The notes under the pieces were generated by a model. That model saw nothing but the letters and a program-made list of their open reading frames with translations, ran no database searches and was not told the origin of the DNA. The translations under genes and the position numbers were made by a program. DNA of 64,000 nt. Source: Dehalococcoidia bacterium. GTDB taxonomy: Bacteria; Chloroflexota; Dehalococcoidia; Bin125. Positions 1-10,255 of the stretch are shown here, one piece after another (position 1 is the first letter of the stretch; each line of letters begins with the position of its first letter). Location of the stretch: positions 736,001-800,000 of the forward strand of contig CAXXNO010000004.1 of assembly GCA_963663235.2 (NCBI GenBank), given 5' to 3'.

Positions 1-1002
1 TGCGACAACGACGTGACCGACGGCGGCCAGATCTTCGCTCTGGTGACTTCGCCGAGCGGCGGCGGCAACTTGGACTTCGGCGTCATTCGCGATGGTGACA
101 TGCCGGAGCCCGGTGACACAGACCCGCTGCGCCACTACGACTCGTTCGACGGCTTCAACCCCGCGCTCAATGACTGGATCGGGTACGTGTACCCCGAGAC
201 GCACGCCTTTCAAGACGTCATCTTTCAAGAGGGGCTGCAGTTCGCCGACGGCGGCTGGTTCGAGACGCTGACCGTACAGGTGCGCCAGGGCGGGAGCTGG
301 GTGGAGGTGACGGGGCTGACGATCAGCCCGGCCTACGCCTTCGGCGACAACGGGCTCTCGTACGAGACGTACCTGCTGACGTTCGACCCGCTCTACGGCG
401 ACGGCATCCGGATCTTTGGCGTTCCCGGCGGCGCGGCCGCATTCATCTCCGTGGCCGAGTTGCTTGTCTTCGCGGACTGTCAAACGCCGTCTTTCCGGCC
501 ACCCCAGCCGCCGTCCAATTGTGAAGATCTCACGTACGACGGAGACATCATCGCGCGGGTGACCGCCCCGAGCGGGGCCGCGAACCCGGACATCGAAGTG
601 ATCCGAGACGGCGACACGCCGGATCCCAGCGAGTTTGACCTCTTACGCATGTACGACACCTTCAATGGAGGGGAGCCGGCCAGCGAAGACTGGATCGGCT
701 ACGTCTACGACTCGGTGCACGTCTGGGAGGCAGTGCTGTTCCAGGAGGGGCTGCACTTCGCCGACGGCGGCTGGTTCGACACGCTGACCGTGCAGGTGCG
801 CCTGGGCGAGAACTGGCTGACCGTGACCGGGCTCAGGATCACGCCGGGGTATGCGTACGGCGACAATGGGATCCCCTATGAGACCTACATCCTCATGTTC
901 GACCCGCTGCCGGGCACCGGCATCCGCATCTTCGGCGCCCCCGGTGGGGAGGCCGCCTTCATCTCCGTGAGTGAGCTGAACGTCTTTGGGGACTGCTACT
1001 AA
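1..1002 (+). CDS. C-terminal part of a probably extracellular protein with two tandem discoidin/F5/8C-like (galactose-binding-like) domains; 5' end lies outside the window
   Basis: Frame is open from base 1. Two ~155 aa repeats (DWIGY..FQEGL.FADGGWF.TLTVQVR..GIRIFG.PGG.AAFISV.EL.VF), each flanked by Cys residues. Confidence 0.65.
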   Translation, partial: CDNDVTDGGQIFALVTSPSGGGNLDFGVIRDGDMPEPGDTDPLRHYDSFDGFNPALNDWIGYVYPETHAFQDVIFQEGLQFADGGWFETLTVQVRQGGSWVEVTGLTISPAYAFGDNGLSYETYLLTFDPLYGDGIRIFGVPGGAAAFISVAELLVFADCQTPSFRPPQPPSNCEDLTYDGDIIARVTAPSGAANPDIEVIRDGDTPDPSEFDLLRMYDTFNGGEPASEDWIGYVYDSVHVWEAVLFQEGLHFADGGWFDTLTVQVRLGENWLTVTGLRITPGYAYGDNGIPYETYILMFDPLPGTGIRIFGAPGGEAAFISVSELNVFGDCY

Positions 1003-1044
1003 GCCCGTTGGGACGACGAGGACTTGATCCGTCGCGCCGCGCGG

Positions 1045-1719
1045 CTACTCGCGGCGGCCGGGGAGCTTGGGGGCCAGCCAGTCGATGAAGCTGTCCGGGC
1101 TGCGGGTCTGCATGTAGAAGCGGCCCGGGCCCGTGAGCTTGGCGACCAGGCCTTCGCCGCTGAGCAGCGTCGACTTCCAGCCGCCGACCTTGCCGACGTC
1201 GTACTTGACCGACTCGTCGAAGGCGACCATGTGGCCGGTATCGACGGTGTAGCGCTCGCCCTCGCGCAGCTCGATGAAGTGGATTGCGCCGTAGCTGGAG
1301 ACGAAGACTGTGCCGTAGCCGGTGGCCTTTAAGAGGAAGAGGCCTTCGCGCGAGAAGAACGTCTTGCCGCCGCCCCACTTGGTGTCGATGTTGACTTCAG
1401 GGCTAGCGGCGAGGAAAGAGCCGGACTGGATGAGGAGCGCCTGGTCGCCGACCTCCAGCGCGACGATGTCGCCGGGGAGGGCCGGGGCCACCGTGACCTC
1501 ACCGGACTGTTCCGCCGTGAAGGTGTTGATGAAGAAGCTCTCGCCGCCCAGGAGGGATCGCTTGAGCCCTTTCATCAGCCCGCCCTGCACGCCGGTCGAT
1601 ATCTTGATGGTGTCGGACATGCTGACCATGGCGCCGGCTTCGGCCTGGATGCTCTCGCCGGCGGCGAGCTCGACGATGCCCAGGGCGTAGGCAGGCCCGT
1701 GCTTGATCTCGTACTTCAT
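1045..1719 (-). CDS. AIM24 / TIGR00266 family protein
   Basis: AEAGAMVSM, GGESFFINTF, FFSREGLF, VDTGHMVAF, SGEGLV..TGPG..YMQTR motifs. Confidence 0.9.
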   Translation of the reverse strand: MKYEIKHGPAYALGIVELAAGESIQAEAGAMVSMSDTIKISTGVQGGLMKGLKRSLLGGESFFINTFTAEQSGEVTVAPALPGDIVALEVGDQALLIQSGSFLAASPEVNIDTKWGGGKTFFSREGLFLLKATGYGTVFVSSYGAIHFIELREGERYTVDTGHMVAFDESVKYDVGKVGGWKSTLLSGEGLVAKLTGPGRFYMQTRSPDSFIDWLAPKLPGRRE

Positions 1720-1809
1720 GCCGCGATCTCCGTTCGCAGTGCGTCAATACTCCCGGTAGCAGCCGCGCCCATGGTAGGCGAACCGCAGCGCCCCGAGGCG
1801 GAGAGGCCG

Positions 1810-2679
1810 CTACGCGCCGACGAGCTCTTGGTAACCGCGCAGGGCGTCGATGTGTTGCGCAGGGCCGGAAAGACCCGCGCCCATGGTGCGGACGGAGGCG
1901 TGGGTGGCGCCGAGAGCGCGCCAGCCTTCCGCGTGCGCGCGCAGGATCTGCGGACCCTCGGCGGGCTTGCCGATCTGCGCATCGATGCCGAAGGCCGCGG
2001 GGTCGCGGCCCTCGGCGCGGAGGTAGCCGTGCAGCCGCTCGATGGCCGCGCGCGCTTTGTCGTTGGGATCGATGTTGACGATCCAGCCGTCGCCGAGGCG
2101 AGCCATGCGCCGCAACACCGCCTCGACCTGCCCGCCGAACCAGATCGGGATCGACCGCCCCGGGAGCGGGTTGATGCCGGCGCGATCGACGCGGTGCCAA
2201 GCGCCGCGGAAGTCGATCGCGTCGTTGGCCCAGAGGTCACGCATGAGCGCGATCTGCTCCTCCTGGCGCTTGCCGCGGTTGTGGAAGTCCTCGGACAGGG
2301 CCTGGTACTCGACGGCGTTCCAGCCGGTGCCGACGCCGAGGCGGAGCCGCCCGCCGGAGAGGATGTCGAGCGCGGCCGCCTGCTTGGCGACGAGCGCGGT
2401 CTGTCGCTGGGGCAGGATGATGACGCCGGTCACCAACTCGATGGTGGTGGTGTGGGCGGCCAAGAAGCCCAAGGTGACGAACGCCTCGTGGAAAGGCGTG
2501 TCTTTGTCGTACGGGCCGGCCCAACCGCCGGGCCGGTCCGGGTCCGCCCCCAAGACGTGATCGTAGATCAGCAGGTGATGGTAGCCCAACGCCTCCGCCG
2601 CTTGCGCGAAGTCCTTGATGCCCGCCGGATCATTTCCGATCTCCGTCTGGGGAAACACGACACCGATCTTCATTTTCAC
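1810..2679 (-). CDS. LLM-class (probably F420-dependent) oxidoreductase
   Basis: KIGVVFPQTE, YDHV, ILPQRQTALVAKQAA.LD.LSGGRLRLGVG.GWN..EY. Confidence 0.9.
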   Translation of the reverse strand: MKMKIGVVFPQTEIGNDPAGIKDFAQAAEALGYHHLLIYDHVLGADPDRPGGWAGPYDKDTPFHEAFVTLGFLAAHTTTIELVTGVIILPQRQTALVAKQAAALDILSGGRLRLGVGTGWNAVEYQALSEDFHNRGKRQEEQIALMRDLWANDAIDFRGAWHRVDRAGINPLPGRSIPIWFGGQVEAVLRRMARLGDGWIVNIDPNDKARAAIERLHGYLRAEGRDPAAFGIDAQIGKPAEGPQILRAHAEGWRALGATHASVRTMGAGLSGPAQHIDALRGYQELVGA

Positions 2680-2797
2680 TCCTCCATGACGGAATGCCGT
2701 GCGAGCAGTCCGGCCTCACTGTTGGATAGAACCCGCGGCGCCGGGCCGACCAGCATCGAAGGAGCCGAGTGGAGCGACCATCTACCGCACCGCGGCG

Positions 2798-3829
2798 TCA
2801 GATTTCCGGCTTCCACTCGCCCGTCGCCGTGATGTCCCGCGCCGCGGGGATCACGTCTCGACCGATCCACTCCATCTGCTCGATGAGCTCATCGACGCGG
2901 GCGGAGGGGCAGGCGATGTTCAAGACCACCGATCCGTAGCCCGCGTCGGCGAAGCGGGCGAGGTCATCCAGGATCTGCTCCTTGGCGCCGGTGCAAATCG
3001 GACGGGGCTCTTTTTTGGCGAGCGGGTCGTCCGCGTCCGTGATCCGGGCCGAGGCGATGGCCGTCATCGAGAAGTTGGAGAGATCGCGGCCGATGGTCTC
3101 CGCTTCGCGGCGGATCTCGTCCTGGAGGTAGCCGAAGCGGTAGGGGTCCGGGTAGGTGTCGCCAAACATGGGGAAGAAGCCGTCGCAGAGGCGGGCGGCA
3201 CGGCGGGCCCCGACCATGGCAATGCTGCCGAAGATGATCGGTGGGTGCGGCTTCTGCACGGGCTTGGGGTCCATGGAGAGGTTGTCGAAGTCGTAGAACT
3301 TGCCGTGGAAGGAGACCACGTCATCGCTCCAGGATCGCTTGTAGATCTGGATGCACTCGTCGGTCATGGGCCCGCGCTCCTCGTAGGGCAGGTCAAGCGC
3401 ATCGAACTCCTCCTTCATCCAGCCAGCGCCGACGCCCATGATCAGGCGGCCGTTGGAGAGGACATCGACGGTGGCGAACTGGCGGGCGTCGTTGAGGGGG
3501 CCACGATAGGGCGCGATGAGCACGCAGGGGCCCAGCCTGATCCGGCTGGTCGCCGTCGCGATGGCGCCCATCACCACCGCGCCGTCCATCATGTGTGGCC
3601 GCGGAGGGTAGGCGCGCTTGCGGGACTCCGGGTTGGCCACGTGTCCGCTGGTGGTCTCCAGGGCGATGGTGACGTGGTCGCCGAACCAGAGCGAGTGAAA
3701 GCCCACCCGCTCAGCGACCTGGGCCACCTCGACGGGCCGGATCTCCGGTCCCGGGACGACGCTCAAGAACATGTCCGCGCCGTCGCGGGTCAGCAGACCG
3801 TGGGTGGGCATGAACATGCCGATATCCAT
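2798..3829 (-). CDS. LLM-class (probably F420-dependent) oxidoreductase
   Basis: Start placed at MDIGMFMP. GFHSLWFGDH, VDVLSNGRLIMGVGAGW..EEF, PKPVQKPHPPI motifs. Confidence 0.9.
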   Translation of the reverse strand: MDIGMFMPTHGLLTRDGADMFLSVVPGPEIRPVEVAQVAERVGFHSLWFGDHVTIALETTSGHVANPESRKRAYPPRPHMMDGAVVMGAIATATSRIRLGPCVLIAPYRGPLNDARQFATVDVLSNGRLIMGVGAGWMKEEFDALDLPYEERGPMTDECIQIYKRSWSDDVVSFHGKFYDFDNLSMDPKPVQKPHPPIIFGSIAMVGARRAARLCDGFFPMFGDTYPDPYRFGYLQDEIRREAETIGRDLSNFSMTAIASARITDADDPLAKKEPRPICTGAKEQILDDLARFADAGYGSVVLNIACPSARVDELIEQMEWIGRDVIPAARDITATGEWKPEI

Positions 3830-4009
3830 GGGCTCGCCTTTCTCTCCGGCCTGTCGCCTGGAGCGCGACAACCGCGAGGCTAGCGCAGTTCCCCGCCGCC
3901 GCGCGAGGGGGAAGGGCGATCGCTGGACGGGCAGAGTGGCGGCCAGCGGACCGAAAGCCAGCGCTGGGCATCCGACCATCCGCCGGGGCGGGGAGCCCGG
4001 GCGTCGTGA

Positions 4010-5800
4010 TCAGTTCCCGCGAGCGGCGCGCATCTCGTCGCGGAGCTTGGTCGTGGCGGGCTCATCGACCTCGTACCGCAACGCGCGGGGATCGATCGCT
4101 GTCACCACCACGCCATACTGTGCGCGGGCCTTGGCGATGGAAACGTACTGATCGATGACGTCGTCCAAGACCCGGTCCGCGGGCCGCTCCAGCGGGTCGC
4201 CGTAGCCGCCTCCGCCGGAAGACCAGTAAGAGGCCACCTCGCCGGGGGCGATGGCCACATCGGCGCAGATGATGCCCAAGTTGCGCTCGGCCTCCGTGCC
4301 CTTCTGCAGCACCAGGCCGGCCGTCCCCCCCGCCTCCCCGGCGAAGATGCCCGGCGGACCGAAGCGCTCGCGGTTGCCGATGGAGAGGAGCGTTCCCGGG
4401 TGGAAGGGGAACCCCACCAGCAGATCCAAGCCCAACCCCCCGCGAGAGCGCCCGGGACCGCCCGAGTCCGGCAGCAGCATGTGCCGACTCCAAAGGACGG
4501 GGTAGCGCCGCTCCTGTAGCTCTACCGGGATATTGGAAGCGCTGGCGCCGAAGGCCGGCGCGGCGTCGCTGGCGCCGTCTTTGCGCTTCGTGGCGCCGAG
4601 GCCCCCAAAGCCCCAGACGTAGTTAATGAAGGGGGCCTGGAACTCCGCCCGCTCATCATAGCCGGCGAACACGGCGTTGATGACGCTATGGGTGCTCGCC
4701 GCGCCTCGCTCCGGCAGCGCCTGGCTGAGCGCGCGCATGGCACAGCTAATGACCATGTCCATGCTGGTGGGCACCAGTCCGGAGACGCCGACGGGCGGCT
4801 CCGCCCAAACGATCGATCCGCGGCGGGCGCGGATCTCGATCGCGCGCATGATCCCGGCGTTGATGGGCATCTGCGGCAGGATGGATGCGAGGCCGATGAA
4901 CAAGGCGGAGGTCGTCGCGGCGATCGTGCAGTTGATGCTGGCCTGGGCGGGGCCGTCGCTCGCGGTGAGGTCGAAGAGGGCGTGGTCGCCGGCAATCGTG
5001 AGCGCCAAGCGCACGGCTTTCGGCTCACCGGTGAGGGGGTCTTGGTCGATCCAGTCCTCCGTTGTGTAGGTCCCGTCCGGGAGGCCAGCGAAAACGGCCC
5101 GGACGAGGCGCTCCGAGTGGTTCTGCACCTCATCCATGACGGTCAGCACGGCCGGCAACCCATGCCGGTCGATCAAGGCACGGAAGCGGGTCTCGCCGGC
5201 CTTGACCGCGGCGACCTGCGCGTTCAGGTCTCCCAGGCGCTCCCACGACTGGCGCATGTTGGCGAGCAGCAAGGCGACTACGTCGTCGTTCCTGCGTCCG
5301 CGGCGATAGAGGGTAATGGCCGGGATGCGCATGCCTTCCTCGTACGCGCTGCTCGCCAAGCAGCTCAAGGATCCGGGCGCGCTGCCACCCACGTCGGACC
5401 AGTGCGCCGTCGATGTGACGAAGGCGATGAGTTCGCGCTCGTGGAAGAGCGGCTTCACGAAGTGGATGTCGTTGCAGTGGGTGCTGGCAACGTAGGGGTC
5501 GTTGATCATGTAGATATCGCCGGGCTCCATTTCGCTCAGCCCGACGGCGCGAATGACCTCCGGCACCGTGAGCAGCGTCAGCCCGACGAAGGTGGGCATA
5601 TCGAACTCGCCCTGGGCGACCAGGCCACCGCGACGGTCGTAGACGGCGCCGGCGAAGTCGTGCCCCTCGTTGACGGGGGTCGAGTAGGCCGTCTTGGCGA
5701 CCACGAGGGCCATCTCATTGCAGACGGCCGTCAAGGCGTTGCGGACCACTTCAAAAGTGATGGGGTCGACTGCGCCTCGCGTAGAGTCGCGTTGCGTCAC
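4010..5800 (-). CDS. Hydantoinase B / oxoprolinase family protein
   Basis: DPITFEV, KTAYS, NDPY..STH.ND, HWSDVGG.APGS, EEG.RIP, GGGGYGDP. Confidence 0.9.
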   Translation of the reverse strand: MTQRDSTRGAVDPITFEVVRNALTAVCNEMALVVAKTAYSTPVNEGHDFAGAVYDRRGGLVAQGEFDMPTFVGLTLLTVPEVIRAVGLSEMEPGDIYMINDPYVASTHCNDIHFVKPLFHERELIAFVTSTAHWSDVGGSAPGSLSCLASSAYEEGMRIPAITLYRRGRRNDDVVALLLANMRQSWERLGDLNAQVAAVKAGETRFRALIDRHGLPAVLTVMDEVQNHSERLVRAVFAGLPDGTYTTEDWIDQDPLTGEPKAVRLALTIAGDHALFDLTASDGPAQASINCTIAATTSALFIGLASILPQMPINAGIMRAIEIRARRGSIVWAEPPVGVSGLVPTSMDMVISCAMRALSQALPERGAASTHSVINAVFAGYDERAEFQAPFINYVWGFGGLGATKRKDGASDAAPAFGASASNIPVELQERRYPVLWSRHMLLPDSGGPGRSRGGLGLDLLVGFPFHPGTLLSIGNRERFGPPGIFAGEAGGTAGLVLQKGTEAERNLGIICADVAIAPGEVASYWSSGGGGYGDPLERPADRVLDDVIDQYVSIAKARAQYGVVVTAIDPRALRYEVDEPATTKLRDEMRAARGN

Positions 5801-5896
5801 GTGCCGGCCCCAGTTTCCAGCAAGCGGACGGGGATGCGTCCCTTCTCCGCCCGCGCTTGCCTCTTTCGTTCCTAGCGGCCGCGGCTTAGCGCGGGG

Positions 5897-7559
5897 TCAC
5901 GGCGCTGGATTGTCGGGGCCACCGCCAGGCCCGGGCCCGATCGGACCGTCGATGATCGGACCGTCGTCGCCGTCGTCTTCGCCGATCGGCGAGGGTCCGG
6001 CCTGGTCGGGGTCGATGGGGGCGACCGGCGGCCCGTCGTCATCGCCGTCGCCTGTAAGGTCAGGCATGATCGGTTCGATGTCTCCAGGGGTCAGTCCGTT
6101 GCCGTCGGCGTCGTCGGGGCATGTGAATCCAGGATCGCCGCAGGCGCCGCCGTCGTCTTCGGGGAGGTCGCGCGGGTCGATCGGCTCCTGCTGCTCGCCG
6201 TCGTCGCCGTTGCATGTGACGGCGACGGTGGGTACGCAGTCGTCGCCGTCGCGGGGCCGGCCACCGGGACGGTCGCGGTCGCGGGCGGGCGGGTCATCAT
6301 CATCGCCTTGGGGGGGCACGACGGTGACGGGCGGGCTGTCGTCCTCGGGCGGGACGCGGTCGTCCGGAGGACTGTCGTCGCTGGGCTGGAGTTGATCGTC
6401 CGGCGGCGCGGGCTCATCCGGATCTTCCTGCGGGACGGGATCACTGATGGCGGGCGGGCCGGGGTCGGGCGTGGGAGCGCTGGCGACGATCGGGCCGGCG
6501 GTCCCGACGGGCGCCCAGGCCGGCTGGTAGTCCAGGTGCTCGTTGTTGGTCAGCCGGATCAGGCTGAGGCCAGCGACATCGACGACGTAGATCTCCAGGC
6601 TGAAGCGGTCCTCGGTGCTGTGGCGCTCCGTGACGAAGACGACCCACTGCTCGTCGGGCGACCAGGCCGGCTCGACGTCGAAGCCGGGATCGTCCGTCAG
6701 CCGCCGGGGGGCGATGCCGGGGGCGACCACGTAGATGTCGGGAGGGGAGGCACGCTCCGAGACGAAGACGATGGACAGGCCGAGCGGCGAGACGTCCGGA
6801 CCGTAGTCGAGCGCGGGGTTATTCGTTATCCGGAACGGCTGTTGTGATCCGTCCGCCCGGATCAGGAAGATTTCCGCCTGGCCGGACGTCTCCGGGACAA
6901 AGGCGATCTCTAGGCCATCGCGGGAGAAGGAAGGCCCGTACTCGTGCGCGTCGGCATCCGTGATACGCGTCGGCCCCGAGCCATCGGCGTTCATGACGTA
7001 GATGTCCGGATTCCCTTGGCGGTTCGAAACGAAGGCGATGCGGTCATCGACGGGTGACCAGTTCGGGCCTATGTCGAGGTCGGAGTTGTCCGTGATCCGG
7101 GTCTGGTTGGAGCCGTCCGCGTTCATCACGTAGATCTCGGAGTTGCCGTCGCGGTTGGAGACGAAGGCGATCTGCGAGGCGTCCGGCGACCAGGCGGGGC
7201 CCCAGTCGGCGGCGGGGTTCTCGGTCAGGCGGGTTTGGCCCGAGCCGTCTGCGTTCATGACGTAGATCTCAGGGTTGCCGTCGCGCTCGGAGACGAAGGC
7301 GATGCGCCCTTCCAGAGCGTCGCGATCGCCTTCCACCTTGCGCCGTGCGGGGTGCGGCTTCCGCGGCGTCGTCCGTCGCGGCAGCGCCGTCAGCGTCGGC
7401 AGCCTCGGCGGCCTCAAAGGCCGCGGTGGCCTCGCCGACGGCGTCCGTCTGGGCCGCGGTGTCGGCCTGTTCGGCGGGCGACTCGTCGGCGTCGCCGTCG
7501 CCGCCGCAGGCGGCCAAGATGATCAGGGCCACGAGCGCGAGGAATCCGAGTCGCCACAT
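5897..7559 (-). CDS. TolB-like (PD40 repeat) beta-propeller lipoprotein with Pro/Asp-rich tail; +1 frameshift near 7350
   Basis: Lipobox [18 protein letters not shown] starts at 7559 in one frame. [19 protein letters not shown] repeats are in another frame. Removing one base of the G4 run at 7349-7352 joins them. Confidence 0.75.
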
Positions 7560-7782
7560 GGCCGTGTCTCCTATCCGAACCGGCCTCGCGCGCGCCAGCG
7601 CGCGAAGAGGCGGCTCTGCAGTCGCCGACTGCCGGACCGATCCCAAGTGGACCAATGCTAGCAGCGGCGTCCAGGGCAGGCGCTGCGATGTGAACCGGAG
7701 GTCCGGCGCCTGAGACAGCGAAGGTGAAGGCCGCGCGGGCCGGGAGCGCCGGCACGGGAGCGGAAGCGAGGGGCAGGGGCGG

Positions 7783-8562
7783 TCACTCCGTTGCGGTCCA
7801 CTCGAAGCTGGCGAAGGCGCCCCCGTCGACGAGGATCTCGGCGCCCGTGATGTAGCGGGCATCGTCGCTGGCCAGGAAGGCCGTGGCAGCGGCCATGTCT
7901 TGCGGTTGCCCCAGCCGGCGCATCGGAACCTGGCGCTCGTACGCCCGCCGTATCGCGGGGTCATCCACGATCTCGCGGTTCATTTTGGTCGCGACGAGGC
8001 CCGGGAGGACGGAGTTGCAGGTGATGCCGTGCGGCCCCAGCGTGATCGCCATCGATTTCATCAGCAGATTGACGCCGGCCTTGCTGGAACAGTAGTGGGC
8101 CTGCATCCGCGAGCCGACGTAGGAAGAGAGCGAACTGGTGCTGACGATGCGCCCCGGGATTCGGCGATCGACCATGTGGCGGGCGACCGCCTGGGAGCAG
8201 AGAAAGACGCCCTTGAGGTTCACGGCCTGCGTGCGGTCCCAGACCTTCTCCGTGATGTCGAAGAACTCGTAGAAGGGGCTGACGCCCGCGTTGTTGACCA
8301 GCACGTCGATCTGGCCAAAGCGGGCCACCACGCGCTCGACCATGCGCCGGACCTGCGCGGCCTTGGCCACGTCCGCGCGGACGCTGAAGGCCGTCCCACC
8401 CCGCGCCCGGATGGTGTCCACCACCTCGCGGGCCTCTTCCGCCTCGCCGGGATGGTTGACAGCCACGTTGGCGCCCTCTTCCGCGAACCGCAGCGCGATG
8501 CCGCGTCCGATGCCCCTAGACGCACCCGTCACCAGCACCGACTTTCCCGCGAGACCCCTCAT
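7783..8562 (-). CDS. Short-chain dehydrogenase/reductase (FabG-like)
   Basis: TGASRGIG, NNAG, YCSSK, ITG..I.VDGG. Confidence 0.92.
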   Translation of the reverse strand: MRGLAGKSVLVTGASRGIGRGIALRFAEEGANVAVNHPGEAEEAREVVDTIRARGGTAFSVRADVAKAAQVRRMVERVVARFGQIDVLVNNAGVSPFYEFFDITEKVWDRTQAVNLKGVFLCSQAVARHMVDRRIPGRIVSTSSLSSYVGSRMQAHYCSSKAGVNLLMKSMAITLGPHGITCNSVLPGLVATKMNREIVDDPAIRRAYERQVPMRRLGQPQDMAAATAFLASDDARYITGAEILVDGGAFASFEWTATE

Positions 8563-8717
8563 GGTCGCCTCCCTTCAGGCCGCAAACTTCAGCTGATTGC
8601 GTCGCGACGATAGCGCGCAGCGTCAAGGGCGCGCCGGCGTTTCCCGCATGCTGGGGTTAGCGTCGCTTGACGGCCCCCTGCGCCGGTGGCACCCTCGGGC
8701 TGCACCTGAAGAGGTGG

Positions 8718-8802
8718 GCGCGCAGAGCAGGGGAAGTCCGGTGTAAACCCGGCGCTGTCCCGCAACGGTAACTCTTCCGAGAAGCCCGAACGCCTGCTTT
8801 GC
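8718..8802 (+). ncRNA. Cobalamin riboswitch (short form)
   Basis: AGGGGAAGTCCGGTGTAAACCCGGCGCTGTCCCGCAACGGTAA...GAAGCCCGAACGCCTGC matches the B12-element core and lies upstream of the cob genes. Boundaries are approximate. Confidence 0.9.
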
Positions 8803-8963
8803 GTCGCATCCCAGACTGCGCCTTCGCGGAAAGGCGGGGGGATCACGCGATCCGCTGCTCCGGCCGGGTCGCGTTTTTCGTTCCGGCGGCGGCGCGGACC
8901 AGCCCGGGAATCGATGCAGCGAACGGCTACCGCGACGCCGTCGTGTGACAGCAAGCGAGCAGC

Positions 8964-9149
8964 ATGCGCGATCAGCGTGACCGACGCCAAGGACTCGTGC
9001 CGGTTTACACCGGCGAAGGCAGAGGGAAGAGCACGGGCCGCGACGCGCCAGCGGAGCTAGTGGAGTTCGCCGACCTCATCTCGGAGGTCCGCAAGCGGAA
9101 CCTTCCGTTCGACCGGGGCATCAAAGCGCAAGCGGGGCTCGAGCTCTGA
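8964..9149 (+). pseudogene. cobO: Cob(I)alamin adenosyltransferase (CobO/BtuR) remnant with a large in-frame internal deletion
   Basis: N-terminal GLVPVYTGEGRGKST is joined directly to C-terminal TGRDAPAELVEFADLISEV...PFDRGIKAQAGLEL; only 61 aa. Confidence 0.8.
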
Positions 9150-9155
9150 CAGCCG

Positions 9156-10247
9156 ATGAAAACGAGCGTGCACGGCACCGATCCTCAGGCGGCGGTCCCC
9201 CCGATCGGGGGACTGGACGCGCGCGCCATGGCGGCGGCACAACAACGGCTGGACCGGCTCACGAAGCCGCCGGGCTCGCTGGGGCGGCTCGAGGAGCTGG
9301 CCGTCTGGCTGGCCGGGGTGACCAAGGAAGCGCAACCACGCTTTCCGCGGAAGACGGTTGTCGTCGCGGCGGCGGACCACGGCGTCGCGGCCGCGGGCGT
9401 GAGCGCCTACCCGCAGTCGGTGACGCAGGAGATGGTGCGCAATTTCCTGCGCGGCGGCGCGGCGATCAACGTCCTGGCCCGCGCGCACGGAGCGCACGTT
9501 GTGGTGGTGGACGCGGGGCTGCGTGCGCCGGTGGAGCCGCCGGAAGGGCCGCAGCGTACGTCGTATTTCGACCGTCGCATCGGAGCGGGCACGGCCGACA
9601 TGCGCACGGCAGCGAGCATGTCCCCCGGGCAAGCCGTCGCAGCCGTGCAGGCCGGGCTGGATCTGATCCCCACGCTCCAAGAGTCCGGTCTCGACATCGT
9701 GGCGACGGGTGACATGGGCATCGGCAACACGACGGCGGCCGCGGCCATCACGGCGGCGATCACCGGCTCGGGGCCGGAGGCGGTGACGGGGCGCGGGACG
9801 GGAGTGGACGACAGAGGCCTGCGACGCAAGGTGGAAGCGGTGGAGAGCGCGTTAGCCCGGCACCGGCCCGACCCGACGGACGGCATCGACGTCCTGCACA
9901 AGGTGGGTGGATTCGAGATCGGCGTACTGGCCGGGTGCATCCTCGGCGCGGCGGCGGCCCGTATCCCCGTGGTCCTGGACGGCTTCATCAGCGCCGCCGC
10001 CGCGCTGATCGCGCAGGCGATTGCCCCGAACGCGGCTGCGTTCAGCATCGCGGCGCACCGCTCGGCCGAGCCGGGCCACGGCATCGCACTAGAGCGGCTG
10101 GGCCTGCACCCGTATCTGGACCTGGGCCTGCGACTGGGCGAAGGCACCGGCGCCGTGCTGGCCTTCGCACTGGTCGAAGACGCCTCGCGTTTGCTCGCAG
10201 AGATGGCGACGTTCGACGAAGCGAGCGTCTCCGGACCGCAGGAGTAG
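9156..10247 (+). CDS. cobT: Nicotinate-nucleotide--dimethylbenzimidazole phosphoribosyltransferase
   Basis: LTKPPGSLGRLE, AADHGV, VSAYP, GDMGIGNTT, GGFEIG, LRLGEGTGA. Confidence 0.96.
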   Translation: MKTSVHGTDPQAAVPPIGGLDARAMAAAQQRLDRLTKPPGSLGRLEELAVWLAGVTKEAQPRFPRKTVVVAAADHGVAAAGVSAYPQSVTQEMVRNFLRGGAAINVLARAHGAHVVVVDAGLRAPVEPPEGPQRTSYFDRRIGAGTADMRTAASMSPGQAVAAVQAGLDLIPTLQESGLDIVATGDMGIGNTTAAAAITAAITGSGPEAVTGRGTGVDDRGLRRKVEAVESALARHRPDPTDGIDVLHKVGGFEIGVLAGCILGAAAARIPVVLDGFISAAAALIAQAIAPNAAAFSIAAHRSAEPGHGIALERLGLHPYLDLGLRLGEGTGAVLAFALVEDASRLLAEMATFDEASVSGPQE

Positions 10248-10255
10248 TTGGACTC

